This document shows, piece after piece, positions 1-11,127 of a stretch of DNA of 64,000 bases. Origin of the DNA: Tubiluchus corallicola. Its lineage: Eukaryota > Animalia > Priapulida. The notes under the pieces were generated by a model. The model had not been told where the DNA came from. It searched no databases and saw only the letters and a list, made by a program, of their open reading frames with translations. Position 1 is the stretch's first letter. Each line of letters begins with the position of its first letter. The position numbers and the translations under genes are program-made. The stretch covers positions 133,186-197,185 of the forward strand of contig JAQGDQ010000438.1 in NCBI GenBank assembly GCA_030141605.1. The letters are read 5' to 3'.

Positions 1-236
1 GTATTGCGCGCTTTAAAACGGCAATCCAGATTTCACCACAGACCCGTTGTGACCAAATACCAGCCCTTTTCACTTAGTAATACCCCTCCTCCCCTTCACG
101 ACATATGATTTGTAATTTCTAAAACCGTAAATTTGTGTTGTACCTATTCAGAATTTTCTTTATCTACAGGTTAATGAAAAAAACTTTAGTAAAGCTTCTT
201 CCACGTAGAAAACAGTAATGTCACATCAGCCATTAA

Positions 237-738
237 AGGAAGGCCGGACGATTGTTTACACTCAATCTCATTTCAATTTATTGTCCAAAATATAAATTTT
301 CTTGCCTATAAATTTAGGAATTGTTTCTTATATTTGAATAATTAGCTTAGAAAGTTAATTAACGGCAACCGAACACAGCTATTGCTTACGTCAGAAACTA
401 GCCACTGTTTGTGCAATGGCAGGCATCTCCCTTGCGCGTCAAGCACGTTTCCGCAAGTGTTATGAAAATGGGCTGTACATCATATAACGTCAGAAACTAG
501 CACTGCATTTCATGATCATCGTTATCACAGCACCGCCCACGACACCGACAAAAAGGCGCCGTTGCCAATCTTAGTAGATTCACTGAGCCGCGCGTAGCTT
601 TGAAAGTTTAACGAAATTTGAATGTCCGAGGTAACTATTATTTAATCTAAGCTTTCATTCAAGAAAAGCTATTGTAGTTTCTATACTTTAGAGCATTCTT
701 TATTCTGAACTCATGTTACACATTCATCCGGTTTTCCT
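237..738. mobile_element. Kolobok-type non-autonomous DNA transposon (MITE)
   Basis: TTAA at 233-236 and 739-742 flank imperfect TIRs AGGAAGGCCGGACG / revcomp AGGAAAACCGGATG. A TTAA TSD with AG...CT ends fits Kolobok-like elements. Confidence 0.65.
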
Positions 739-1005
739 TTAAATAACTAGGAAGCCTAGCGCGGCCATTTTTAATAATGAATGCATGACTGACGTCAGGC
801 GTCAGCATGAGATACAAGATGTAATTGAAACCCCCTCGTGGTTTGACTAGATGCCTTTGTGTAAGTGTGAAAGTAGCTTATTATCTGCTAACATCTTAGT
901 TCACCAACTTCAGTTACTCCTTTGACTTTTTCGAAACGGAAAATTACCCAGCTAGGTTCAAGTGAATAAATTTAGCATGTAAACTGTTTTTGTGCGTTTG
1001 CTTAA

Positions 1006-1445
1006 CCCTTTCATACCCGATGTATCCCATGGGATACGAGAATATTTTCTGCCTTTAAAATTAATAAAATTTTAAAACTGACAGTTATTTGATCTGTTAA
1101 TAGTTATTTTAATTTAAGCCAATAACAATAGACTAAAAATGGTGATAAAATGGCAAACTAGTAAATCTACATAGCATAAAAAACTGCGCAAGGTACAGTA
1201 CTTTAGAGACGACTTTGTACAGATCAGCATAGCATGCATACTAAATGTCTTAAATACTTTAATAAATTATCAGCAGTTGCAAAATGAAGCACATTTTATG
1301 CTTCCATTGAATCACAATGTATCCCGTGGGATACAGGGTATATTTAGCACGCGGGCACAGGTAGAAAAAATAATTATTATGTGTAAACAAGATGGACATA
1401 CTGAACAAAAGTACCAAGCCAAAAAATTTTTTGGGACTGAAAGGG
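1006..1445 (+). mobile_element. piggyBac-type MITE, copy 1
   Basis: TTAA|CCCTTTCATACCC ... GGGACTGAAAGGG|TTAA: TTAA TSD, CCC/GGG termini. Three more near-identical copies in the window. Confidence 0.9.
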
Positions 1446-2101
1446 TTAAACTCGGCTAGCAATAATTCATCTTTTCCTAAAGTAACGGTAAATGTCAAAG
1501 TTTTTATTTTCTGAAAAAAACACATTAGCAGATGTCTCTGACTTTTCTGGTGAAATGATATTCCAAAGACAGTAATTTATGATTGTGTATATTGAGACTA
1601 TCAATCAAAACAAGGAGTTTTGAGTACTTTCTCTAAAAATAGAAATTTGCAGTCTGTGGATTAGAACTTCGGACTAGCTGAACATTGACTTTGATTCGTT
1701 TGTGGAAACTTCGATGAACATTTTCTTTATTAAGCATTTCCTCTGAGGAGGCTCACGAACAAAGAAGTAATGATAGTTTTAGTAACTTCATAAAACACGA
1801 TATTTAAAAGTTTTCTAATCAAGCTGATCTTGTACAGTTTCTGAAAACTTGAATTGGTTTATTTACTTAACTGAATGTTTGTTTGTCTGTCTGTTTGTCT
1901 ATCTGTCTCTGTCTGCCTCTGTTAATTTGATTAATCTGACTAACTGCTTGTATGCTTTTACTCGAGTGTCCAGCCATTTGTTTGGTTACCTGCCAATTAG
2001 TCAGTCTATCAGTCAGTCAGTCACTTTTGGCACTTTTATCTTGGCAGTTTTCGTTAGCTCCTGCCTAACGGATAGTTATCTCCCACACTCTTTGATGTTA
2101 T

Positions 2102-2986
2102 CTGTACTTGTACCGCTAGACAAGGACAAAAATGGTGATGTCATGGGGGAAAAAGATACCTGGACTTGTAACGCTAGTCAAGGACAAAAATTGTGATGTC
2201 ACAGAAAAGGATAACTGTACTAATAACGCTAGTCAAGGACAAAAATGATGATGTCACGGAAAAGGATAACTGTACTTATAACGCTAGTCAAGGACAAAAA
2301 TGATGATGTCACGGAAAAGGATAACTGTACTTATAACGCTAGTCAAGGACAAAAGTGATGATGTCACGGAAAAGGATAACTGTACTTATAACGCTAGTCA
2401 AGGACAAAAATGATGATGTCACGGAAAAGGATAACTATACTTATAACGCTAGTAAGGACAAAAGTGATGATGTCACGGAAAAGGATAACTGTACTTATAA
2501 CGCTAGTCAAGGACAAAAATGATGATGTCACGGAAAAGAATAACTGTACTTGTAACGCTAGTCAAGGACAAAAGTGATGATGTCACGGAAAAAGATAACT
2601 GTACTTATAACGCTAGTCAAGGACAAAAATGGTGATGTCACGGAAAAGGATAACTGGACTTGTAACGCTAGTCAAGGACAAAAATGATGATGTCACGGAA
2701 AAGGATAACTGTACTTATAACGCTAGTCAAGGACAAAAATGATGATGTCACGGAAAAGGATAACTGTACTTATAACGCTAGTCAAGGACAAAAATGATGA
2801 TGTCACGGAAAAGAATAACTGTACTTATAACGCTAGTCAAGGACAAAAATGGTGATGTCACGGAAAAGGATAACTGTACTTATAACGCTAGTCAAGGACA
2901 AAAATGGTGATGTCACGGAAAAGGATAACTGTACTTATAACGCTAGTCAAGGACAAAAATGATGATGTCACGAAAAAGGATAACTG
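2102..2986. repeat. 55-bp minisatellite, about 16 units
   Basis: Unit CTGTACTTATAACGCTAGTCAAGGACAAAAATGATGATGTCACGGAAAAGGATAA; period confirmed (TGTAC at 2271 and 2326). Confidence 0.97.
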
Positions 2987-2992
2987 CACACA

Positions 2993-3195
2993 TGTTGCGA
3001 TATCAACAGTGATAATGTAAGCTCATTGAAATTCTTATTCTGAACAGTCATAACTTGTCAAGCAAAACCACTTTGGATTTGTTGAAAAAGTCAAGTACTG
3101 ACATGTGCATTAGCACTCTCAATGAGGTGCTAGACTTCTATATAGCTCATATCTTATTTATTTGTGCTTTTAAAGATTTTGACAGGGTAAATTTG
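2993..3195 (+). pseudogene. Degraded reverse transcriptase fragment of a Proto2/RTE-group LINE
   Basis: Frameshifted translation VAISTV..KLIEIL..HFGF..SSTDMCISTLNEVLDFY..AFKDFDRVN resembles RT motifs (QFGF, STDMC, KAFDRV). Confidence 0.55.
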
Positions 3196-3230
3196 TTCGC
3201 GGAATAACATGAGTTATTGTTGCTATCTAT

Positions 3231-3730
3231 TTATCTTCTTCTTCTCAGCTTTTCCCTATGCAGGGTCGCCGTTGTGAATGAGTCTTCTCCACGCGTTCCT
3301 GTTGTTGACCATCTCTTCATTTATGTCTTCCCTTCCCACATGATCTTCACCGACTCTTCTTTTCAGGTGTCCATACCATCGCAATCTTGCGAGGCTTCCA
3401 CTACTTTTACTGTTCCTCTGATATTATTATTTCTAATTTTATCTCTTCTTGTTATTCCCACCATCCATCTCAACATCCTCATCTCCATCACACCCATTTT
3501 CTTCTCTTCGGTCTTCTTTAGAGAAGCTGCTTCCAGCCCATAGATTAGAGCTGGTCTGACAAATCCTTTGTGGACTTTCCCTTTAAGTCTCGCCGACTCA
3601 TTCATAGAAGGTTTTGGCGCAGTTTTTACAGGCGGATGCTCTTCCTGACCCTAACCCTCCCTATTTATCCGGGCTTGGGACCGGCACTGAGTTGGGCTGG
3701 CTTGGTTCCCCCCCCCCCCCGCCAGTGGAT
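3231..3730 (-). mobile_element. Internally deleted (bipartite) RTE/Expander-type retroposon, 500 bp, 19-bp TSD
   Basis: Exact direct repeat AGTTATTGTTGCTATCTAT at 3212-3230 and 3731-3749. Minus strand reads RTE 5'UTR, then LKGKVHKGFVRPALIYGLEA..EMRMLRWMVGITRRDKIRN..RLRWYGH..AWRRLIHNGDP*, then an (AAG)n-type tail. Confidence 0.9.
3650..3730 (-). ncRNA. Twister ribozyme core (3' cleavage-product portion) at the 5' end of the RTE element
   Basis: Minus strand GCCGGTCCCAAGCCCGGATAAATAGGGAGGG matches the conserved twister P4/L4/T1 core; P3 CACTG/CAGTG is present. The 5' strands of P1/P2 and the cleavage site are missing. Confidence 0.75.
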
Positions 3731-3884
3731 AGTTATTGTTGCTATCTATATTTATGCAAATATACTAACACTAAATTTAAGTGTATTTTATATTTTCTTT
3801 TTGTAATACGTGTTGTATATGTCGTGTGTTGTAATTTTTTATATAATCAAGGTTTCAAATGAAAATTCAAATCAAATAAATTAG

Positions 3885-4051
3885 CCAGTCAGTCGGTCAG
3901 CACAGCCAGCCAGTCAATCAGTGAGTGAGTGAGTGGGTCAGTCAGTCAGCCAGTCAGTCAGTCAGTCAGTCAGTCAGTCAGTCAGTCAGTCAGTCAGTCA
4001 ATCAGTGAATGAGTGAGTGAGTGGGTCAGTCAGTCAGACAGTCAGTCTGTT

Positions 4052-4087
<36 letters not shown>

Positions 4088-4406
4088 AGTTCAGTCAGTC
4101 AGTCAGTCAGTCAGTCAGTCAGTCAGTCAGTCAGTCAGTCAGTCAGTCAGTCAGTCAGTCAGTCAGTCAGTCAGTCAGTCAGTCAGTCAGTCAGTCAGTC
4201 AGTCAGTCAGTCAGTCTCAGTCAGTTAGTCAGTCAACCAGTCAGCCAGCCAGTCAATCAGTGAATGGGTGAGTGAGTGGGTCAGTCAGTCAGTCAGTCAG
4301 TCAGTCAGTCAGTCAGTCAGTCAGTCAGTCAGTCAGTCAGTCAGTCAGTCAATCAGCCAGCCAGCCAGCCAGTCAGTTAGTCAGTCAACCAGTCAGTCAG
4401 TCAGTC
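3885..4406. repeat. (CAGT)n tetranucleotide microsatellite, compound
   Basis: Seen directly; source of the SQSV ORFs. Confidence 0.97.
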
Positions 4407-4929
4407 TGTATAGATGAGTCACAAACAGTACAAATATTATCTGTAAAAATTCAAGAGGAATGAGACACAAATTTTACATCTCATATAATTTTACATCTAA
4501 GCCTACGCACATGTGCAGAAAGGTCATCTATAATTACAATCGTCATGTAATTTGTTTGCAAAATAACGCTAGTCATTATTTTGGCCGATTTTGAAAACGT
4601 GTAAAAAATTCGATTGCTTTAGCCATAAAAACGTAGACTGCTTTTATGTCTATTAATCACATAAGAACGACTTACTCGATTCCATGCGGATAACATCTTA
4701 TTCTACGCATGCGCGTGCATTTTCAACCCTGGCCATTTTAACTGAATGACGTCGTCGTTTCCAAGACACTCGTCTGCCATAATTATGCTGGCTTTCAAAC
4801 TATTTTAACGAGAAACTAAACACCAAAATTAACTACTAAATCGTCAGTGTAGCACCTCGGGGCCGGACTTCGGCGACAAAAAGTCGATATAGGGTTTATC
4901 TTAGTTAGACGACCGAGCGAAAGGCTTAA

Positions 4930-5597
4930 GGGACAAGAAAAGGGGCATCTGAAGTATGTTTCAGAAAAATCGCATTAAAATATATTACTTTACGGCAATT
5001 TTATTCACATATCGTATTCCGGTTGGAAGGAATTTTCGTTTGTTTGCATTTTAAATCTACCGCAATACTGTTCCGACGGCGCCATTGCATGACGTCACTA
5101 AAATGCGTAAATCAGGGGAAGAAAAGGCAATGTTAAATTATGACCCAAAAAACTTTCCGTGCGAATCTGTATTACTTAGCATTTCACTTACCTGCTGTAA
5201 AGACTTATGTAACTAAACTAATAATTTAAAATGATTGTGCCAATTGGTAAAATGGCGCTGACTCACCCTCCAGGGTGCGCCACTCACTAGCCAAAACGTA
5301 TTTTTAATTTTATTGACAAGATACAGAAATTTAAAATTTTACTTAATTATCGACATGTATGCTACGAATGCTCTGATTGTTTTTTCAAAAGTTACTTAAT
5401 GTTATCTAAACTTGTTTCAAATGACCTACCATTAAAATGGCTGCGCCTAACAGTCATCGCGGAAATTTAAATTTACAACGTTTTATACAGCGTTACGACC
5501 GATGCAAGCCATGCATACGAAAAGGTAGTATGTAAGTGGTATAAAATTTCGAGACGAATTTTTTAAGCTTAGTGTAAGTGGAGGGTTTTCTTGTGCT
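4930..5597 (+). mobile_element. Kolobok-type MITE family 2, copy 1
   Basis: TTAA (4926-4929) GGGACAAGAAAA ... TTTTCTTGTGCT TTAA (5598-5601). Diverged second copy at 33691-34313. Confidence 0.75.
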
Positions 5598-6419
5598 TTA
5601 ATTGCAGTATTTTTAACAATGATGTCCCATATTGCTGCAATCTACAAACTTGTACAATCACCTTTTAAAACAGACGTCATCTACAGACTGGTCTTGACTT
5701 TTTGGTCGACTTTTTTTGAGTTGATCATTTCTAATCGCCTGTTGCTCTTTACAAATTATCATAAACTTATCATATATATATTATATTATTATATATTATA
5801 ACGGTCTCAAAACGAAAAAGAGGTTTGTTCCCTTTCAATATTTTAAAGAGTTGATTGTTTTGACCTACAGTTTGAAATTGGGTCTGTTTAAGATATATAA
5901 CAAGAAATCTGAATTATACGAGTTAAGCGGAGTTGACTATACGTGAAATTTTTAAAACCAGATTTTGTTAGCGTATTGAGACAGTTTTATTACTTTCCCG
6001 ACTTTTCGAATCAAAATGACACTTTCGTTTCTCTAGTCACCTTTCCGACAGAGGCTATCAACAGTTATATCAACTGCTCAGCACTCACTCGACAGCCTAG
6101 CAGATGATTTCAGCTTTATTGCGCTGTTTGAACAGCTTCTAACGGTTTTTCTGAGTAAATATGGCGAAGGTAAAAACACGTGCTCAATCGAGTCATCATC
6201 GTAAAACAGTCAATCAAACTTTACGAACAGCAATCAGTGAGATAGCAGGCCAGCTAAAACACATATTTGTTAGAGAAGTTAGATTGTAGTGAACAAGGTA
6301 TTACCGACATCACTTGCTCATTTCCTATTTTATACAGCAAGAATAACTTCTCAATGTTTCAAATATCACCCAGTGTTCGATGGTGACAGGTAAAAAAGTC
6401 GCAATAAAGAAAGTTACGA

Positions 6420-8330
6420 AAAAAGGTCACAGTTTTCGCTAGGAAACAAAGTCACAGGAAAAAAGGTCACAGTTTTAGCTAGAAAACAAAGTCACAGAAA
6501 AGAGGTCACAGTTTTCGTTAGGAAACAAAGTCACAGAAAAGAGGTCACAGTTTTCGCTAGGAAACAAAGTCACAGAAAAGAGGTCACAGTTTTTGCTAGG
6601 AAACAAAGTCACAGAAAAGAGGTCACAGTTTTCGCTAGGAAACAAAGTCACAGAAAAGAGGTCACAGTTTTTGCTAGGAAACAAAGTCACAGAAAAGAGG
6701 TCACAGTTTTCGCTAGGAAACAAAGTCACAGAAAAGAGGTCACAGTTTTCGCTAGGAAACAAAGTCACGAGAAAAAAGTCACAGTTCTTGTTAGGAAACA
6801 AAGTCACAGAAAAAAGTCACAGTTTTCGCTAGGAAACAAAGTCACAGAAAAGAGGTCACAGTTTTCGCTAGGAAACAAAGTCACAGAAAAGAGGTCACAG
6901 TTTTCGCTAGGAAACAAAGTCACGAGAAAAAAGTCACAGTTCTTGTTAGGAAACAAAGTCACAGAAAAAAGTCACAGTTTTCGCTAGGAAACAAAGTCAC
7001 AGAAAAAAGTCACAGTTTTCGCTAGGAAACAAAGTCACAGGAAAAAAGGTCACAGTTTTCGCTAGGAAACAAAGTCACAGGAAAACGTCACAGTTTTCGC
7101 TAGGTAACAAAGTCACAGGAAAGAAGTCACAGTTTTCGCTAGGAAACAAAGTCACAGAAAAGAGGTCACAGTTTTCGCTAGGAAACAAAGTCACAGGAAA
7201 AAAGGTCACAGTTTTAGCTAGAAAACAAAGTCACAGAAAAGAGGTCACAGTTTTCGTTAGGACACAAAGTCACAGAAAAGAGGTCACAGTTTTCGCTAGG
7301 AAACAAAGTCACAGAAAAGAGGTCACAGTTTTTGCTAGGAAACAAAGTCACAGAAAAGAGGTCACAGTTTTCGCTAGGAAACAAAGTCACAGAAAAGAGG
7401 TCACAGTTTTCGCTAGGAAACAAAGTCACGAGAAAAAAGTCACAGTTCTTGTTAGGAAACAAAGTCACAGAAAAAAGTCACAGTTTTCGCTAGGAAACAA
7501 AGTCACAGAAAAGAGGTCACAGTTTTCGCTAGGAAACAAAGTCACAGAAAAGAGGTCACAGTTTTCGCTAGGAAACAAAGTCACGAGAAAAAAGTCACAG
7601 TTCTTGTTAGGAAACAAAGTCACAGAAAAAAGTCACAGTTTTCGCTAGGAAACAAAGTCACAGAAAAAAGTCACAGTTTTCGCTAGGAAACAAAGTCACA
7701 GGAAAAAAGGTCACAGTTTTCGCTAGGAAACAAAGTCACAGGAAAACGTCACAGTTTTCGCTAGGTAACAAAGTCACAGGAAAGAAGTCACAGTTTTCGC
7801 TAGGAAACAAAGTCACAGGAAAAAAGGTCATAGTTTTCGCTAGGAAACAAAGTCACAGGAAAACGTCACAGTTTTCGCTAGGAAACAAAGTCACAGGAAA
7901 GAAGTCACAGTTTTCGATAGAAAACAAAGTCACAGGAAAGAAGTCAGTTTTCGCTAGGAAACAAAGTCACAGGAAAACGTCACAGTTTTCGCTAGGAAAC
8001 AAAGTCACAGGAAAAAAGGTCACAGTTTTCGCTAGGAAACAAAGTCACAGGAAAAAAGGTCAAAGTTTTCACTAGGAAACAAAGTCACAGAAAAAAGTCA
8101 CAGTTTTCACTAGGAAACAAAGTCACAGAAAAAAGTCACAGTTTTCGCTAGGAAACAAAGTCACAGGAAAAAAGGTCAAAGTTTTCACTAGGAAACAAAG
8201 TCACAGAAAAAAGTCACAGTTTTCGCTAGAAAACAAAGTCACAGAAAAAAGTCACAGTTTTCGCTGGGAAACAAAGTCACAGGAAAAAAGTCACAGATTT
8301 CGCTAGGAAACAAAGTCACAGGAAAAATCA
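6420..8330. repeat. 38-40-bp minisatellite, about 49 units, with a higher-order block duplication
   Basis: Unit GTCACAGTTTTCGCTAGGAAACAAAGTCACAGAAAAGAG. Rare variants recur at 6475/7214 and near 7080/7741. Confidence 0.97.
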
Positions 8331-8494
8331 CCTATCTAATAGCTAAACAATTTTGATGTCACTTAACTTGCTGAGCTAAACACAGATCGCGCTACCCAAC
8401 TACTTCCCTCGTAAACAATGTATCATTAATGAAACTACAATCAGATAATTTAAATACCAAAAAACAAACAAACAATAAATAAATAAAAGATGAT

Positions 8495-8815
8495 TGAATG
8501 AATGAATGAATGAATGAATGAATGAAAGAATGAAAGAATGAAAGAATGAAAGAATGAAAGAATGAAAGAATGAATGAATGAATGAATGAATGAATGAATG
8601 AATGAATGAATGAATGAATGAATGAATGAATGAATGAATGAATGAACGAATGAGATAACGAACGAACGAACGAACGAACGAACGAACGAACGAACGAACG
8701 AACGAACGAACGAACGAACGAACGAATGAACGAACGAACGAACGAACGAACGAATGAACGAACGAATGAATGAATGAATGAATGAACGAACGAACGAACG
8801 AACGAACGAACGAAT
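8495..8815. repeat. Compound (GAAT)n/(GAAAGAAT)n/(GAAC)n microsatellite
   Basis: Seen directly. Confidence 0.97.
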
Positions 8816-9602
8816 TCAATACAGTTTATTTGGTTAAGCACATAAAAGTGCATTACAATTACACAATTGTTATCTCTGACTCCTGCTGTTTCGTACTATG
8901 CATCCTGTACCTCGTACCTCTACCATACAAGTATTTTTCTGGAAATTAAACATTTCTCTTCAATGCACGGCGTCACGTGACTATGCAGTTGAAACAGTCT
9001 TCCAAACATTTAAAGAATGAGCAAAAACAAGAAAAACAAAATGTCTGACCTTTTCGTTTGTGACTGCAAACTTCTGAGGCATTGTCAATTTGTCACATTG
9101 GCAAAAAATCACCCAAAGACACAGTATCTTCGAGAGAGTCGATACGCCGTCTCTTTTTCTCGCTTGAACTGTTGCTCTCGGAAGAGTTGTGACTAATAAC
9201 TGACGTTGTTGACTAAAGTTTCGAAACTTGACGAATGCAGCCTGAAGGTTATGAAGCAAGTGGCAAATCGATTGGTTCAGTCAGTGTACATGCGCTTCGT
9301 CTAAACGCCTTTTATTTTGCATTTACGCACTCCAAGTCTAGCAATTGGAGATGCAATTGAAATTCCATTATTCTAATAAATTTTTTTACAATTGGTCAGG
9401 CAGCTGGTACAGTAGGATGAATACGTAGTAAAGGAAGCATGTAGTTTTTCTCATTAACAATGTAAGACTAGTTTACTGCCAGCTAAGAAGTTAGCAGCGC
9501 GCTACTCAGCTTTGCAGCTAGATAATCACGTAAGTAGCTGTCTGGGATTAAAACTAACACCAGACTAGAGAGTGAATTACAACTACATAGTTGAACAACT
9601 AT

Positions 9603-9725
9603 CAGTCCGACAGTCAGTCAGTTAGTCAGTCAGTCAGTCAGTCAGTCAGTCAGTCAGTCAGTCAGTCAGTCAGTCAGTCAGTCAGTCAGTCAGTCAGTCA
9701 GTCAGTCAATCAGTCAGTCAGTCAG
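9603..9725. repeat. (CAGT)n microsatellite
   Basis: Seen directly; resumes at 10428-10478 after the LINE insertion. Confidence 0.97.
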
Positions 9726-10427
9726 GCTAAAGAATATGATATCCTTTTAAATGTGAATAAGACTAAACTTGTCACGTTTCGCACTGCCCACATGCAGCAG
9801 TTTACTTTTGGGTCTGTTGTTTTGCAGTGTAAAAGTTTTGTACCTAGTAAAAAGGAAAAATATCTGGGTCATATTTTATCAGATGAACAATAGAGATGAT
9901 TTAGATATATTATGACAATGTTCAATTTACTACGGTAGAGCAAATAAATTACTCATGAAATTTACTCACCTTTCAGTTAACGTGAAGAGACAATTGTTTA
10001 ATACTTACTGCACTACTTTTTATTGTATGTCCACTTGGAGACATTTTTATTCTTACAATCTTAGCAAACTCAAGGTTGCATATACTGTATCAACACGGAA
10101 GCTGTTTAACTTTTCATATGATACGAGCGGAAGATATATTTCTACTAGACTTAATATTATTTATTTTGATGTGATTCACTGAAAATGTGCATACAGTTTA
10201 CACGTCAGGCTGAATAAGAGTGAAAATTTTATATGCAAGAACATTTTAAACAGTGATGTAAACTTTACTTCTGTAATTAGACGTCATTGGTGTAGTTTGT
10301 TATATCGTTAATTGTTATTTGTGTTATTGTTATGTTTCATGATTTATTGTATTATTTGTGTTAATTTGTGATGTGTATATGAACTTTGTGAAGTTTGAAG
10401 TAAAATATTAAATCAAATCAATCAAAA
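9726..10427 (+). mobile_element. 5'-truncated LINE 3' end, Proto2-like (RTE group)
   Basis: NVNKTK..KEKYLGHILSD..RANKLLMKF..VKRQLFNTYCTTFYCMSTW..RLNKSEN with stops/frameshift, GT-rich 3'UTR and (AATC)-type tail. Near-identical to 50506-50981. Confidence 0.85.
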
Positions 10428-11021
10428 TCAGTCAGTCGGTCGGTCGGTCGGTCAGTCAGTCAGTCAGTCAGTCAATCAGATAGCAGTTGCGCGGTCGGTG
10501 GCCAGATTGGTCAGTCAATTAGTCAATTAGACAGCAGTTGGTCGGTTGGTGAGTGTGTTTTTCTTCAGACAGTTGACATCCTGTTGTTCAGTTACTTTGC
10601 ACAATGGACAGATTTACATTCAACTCGGGATACTCAGCGCAGTGTAAATTATTCATCCGGCCACTTGCAGCTTGCAGTTAAAAGCTGGGTAACTTAACCT
10701 GACAAGACTAATAAAAGCGCTAATGACGGAACACTACGATATTAGCTAGATCAAATCGCAGGCTAGAGCTAGGAATAGAATGTTCCAGGATTTTTCCTTA
10801 TTTTCTCAATTTATCTGCATGGGTGTTAAGCGATGCTGCTTTTTGCACTTGAATTTGTTCGAATCTCTCAAATGTAGTCACCATAAAAGAAGAAGAATGA
10901 ATTCGGTAATGTGTTAAGCAACAATATAATACATGATGGTAGATGTACTTACTACAAATTCGAAAAGAAACGAATAATCTATCATTCTAAGTGCTGTTGT
11001 TGCTGTTTTACCAACAATACA

Positions 11022-11089
11022 GTTGTTGTTGTTGCTGTTGCTGTTGTTGTTGTTGTTGTTGTTGTTGTTGCTGCTGCTGCTGCTGCTGC

Positions 11090-11124
<35 letters not shown>
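11022..11124. repeat. (GTT/GCT)n microsatellite
   Basis: Seen directly. Confidence 0.95.
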
Positions 11125-11125
<1 letters not shown>

Positions 11126-11127
11126 GA

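Noticed and set aside
1259-1525. Recurrent short ORFs (also 20296-20538, 46179-46450)
   Set aside because: Chance ORFs within the piggyBac-type MITE; frames are not conserved between copies and show no transposase motifs.
5822-5862. ~40-bp inverted match to ~13325-13362
   Set aside because: Too short and too distant to define a single element; probably fragments of a dispersed repeat.
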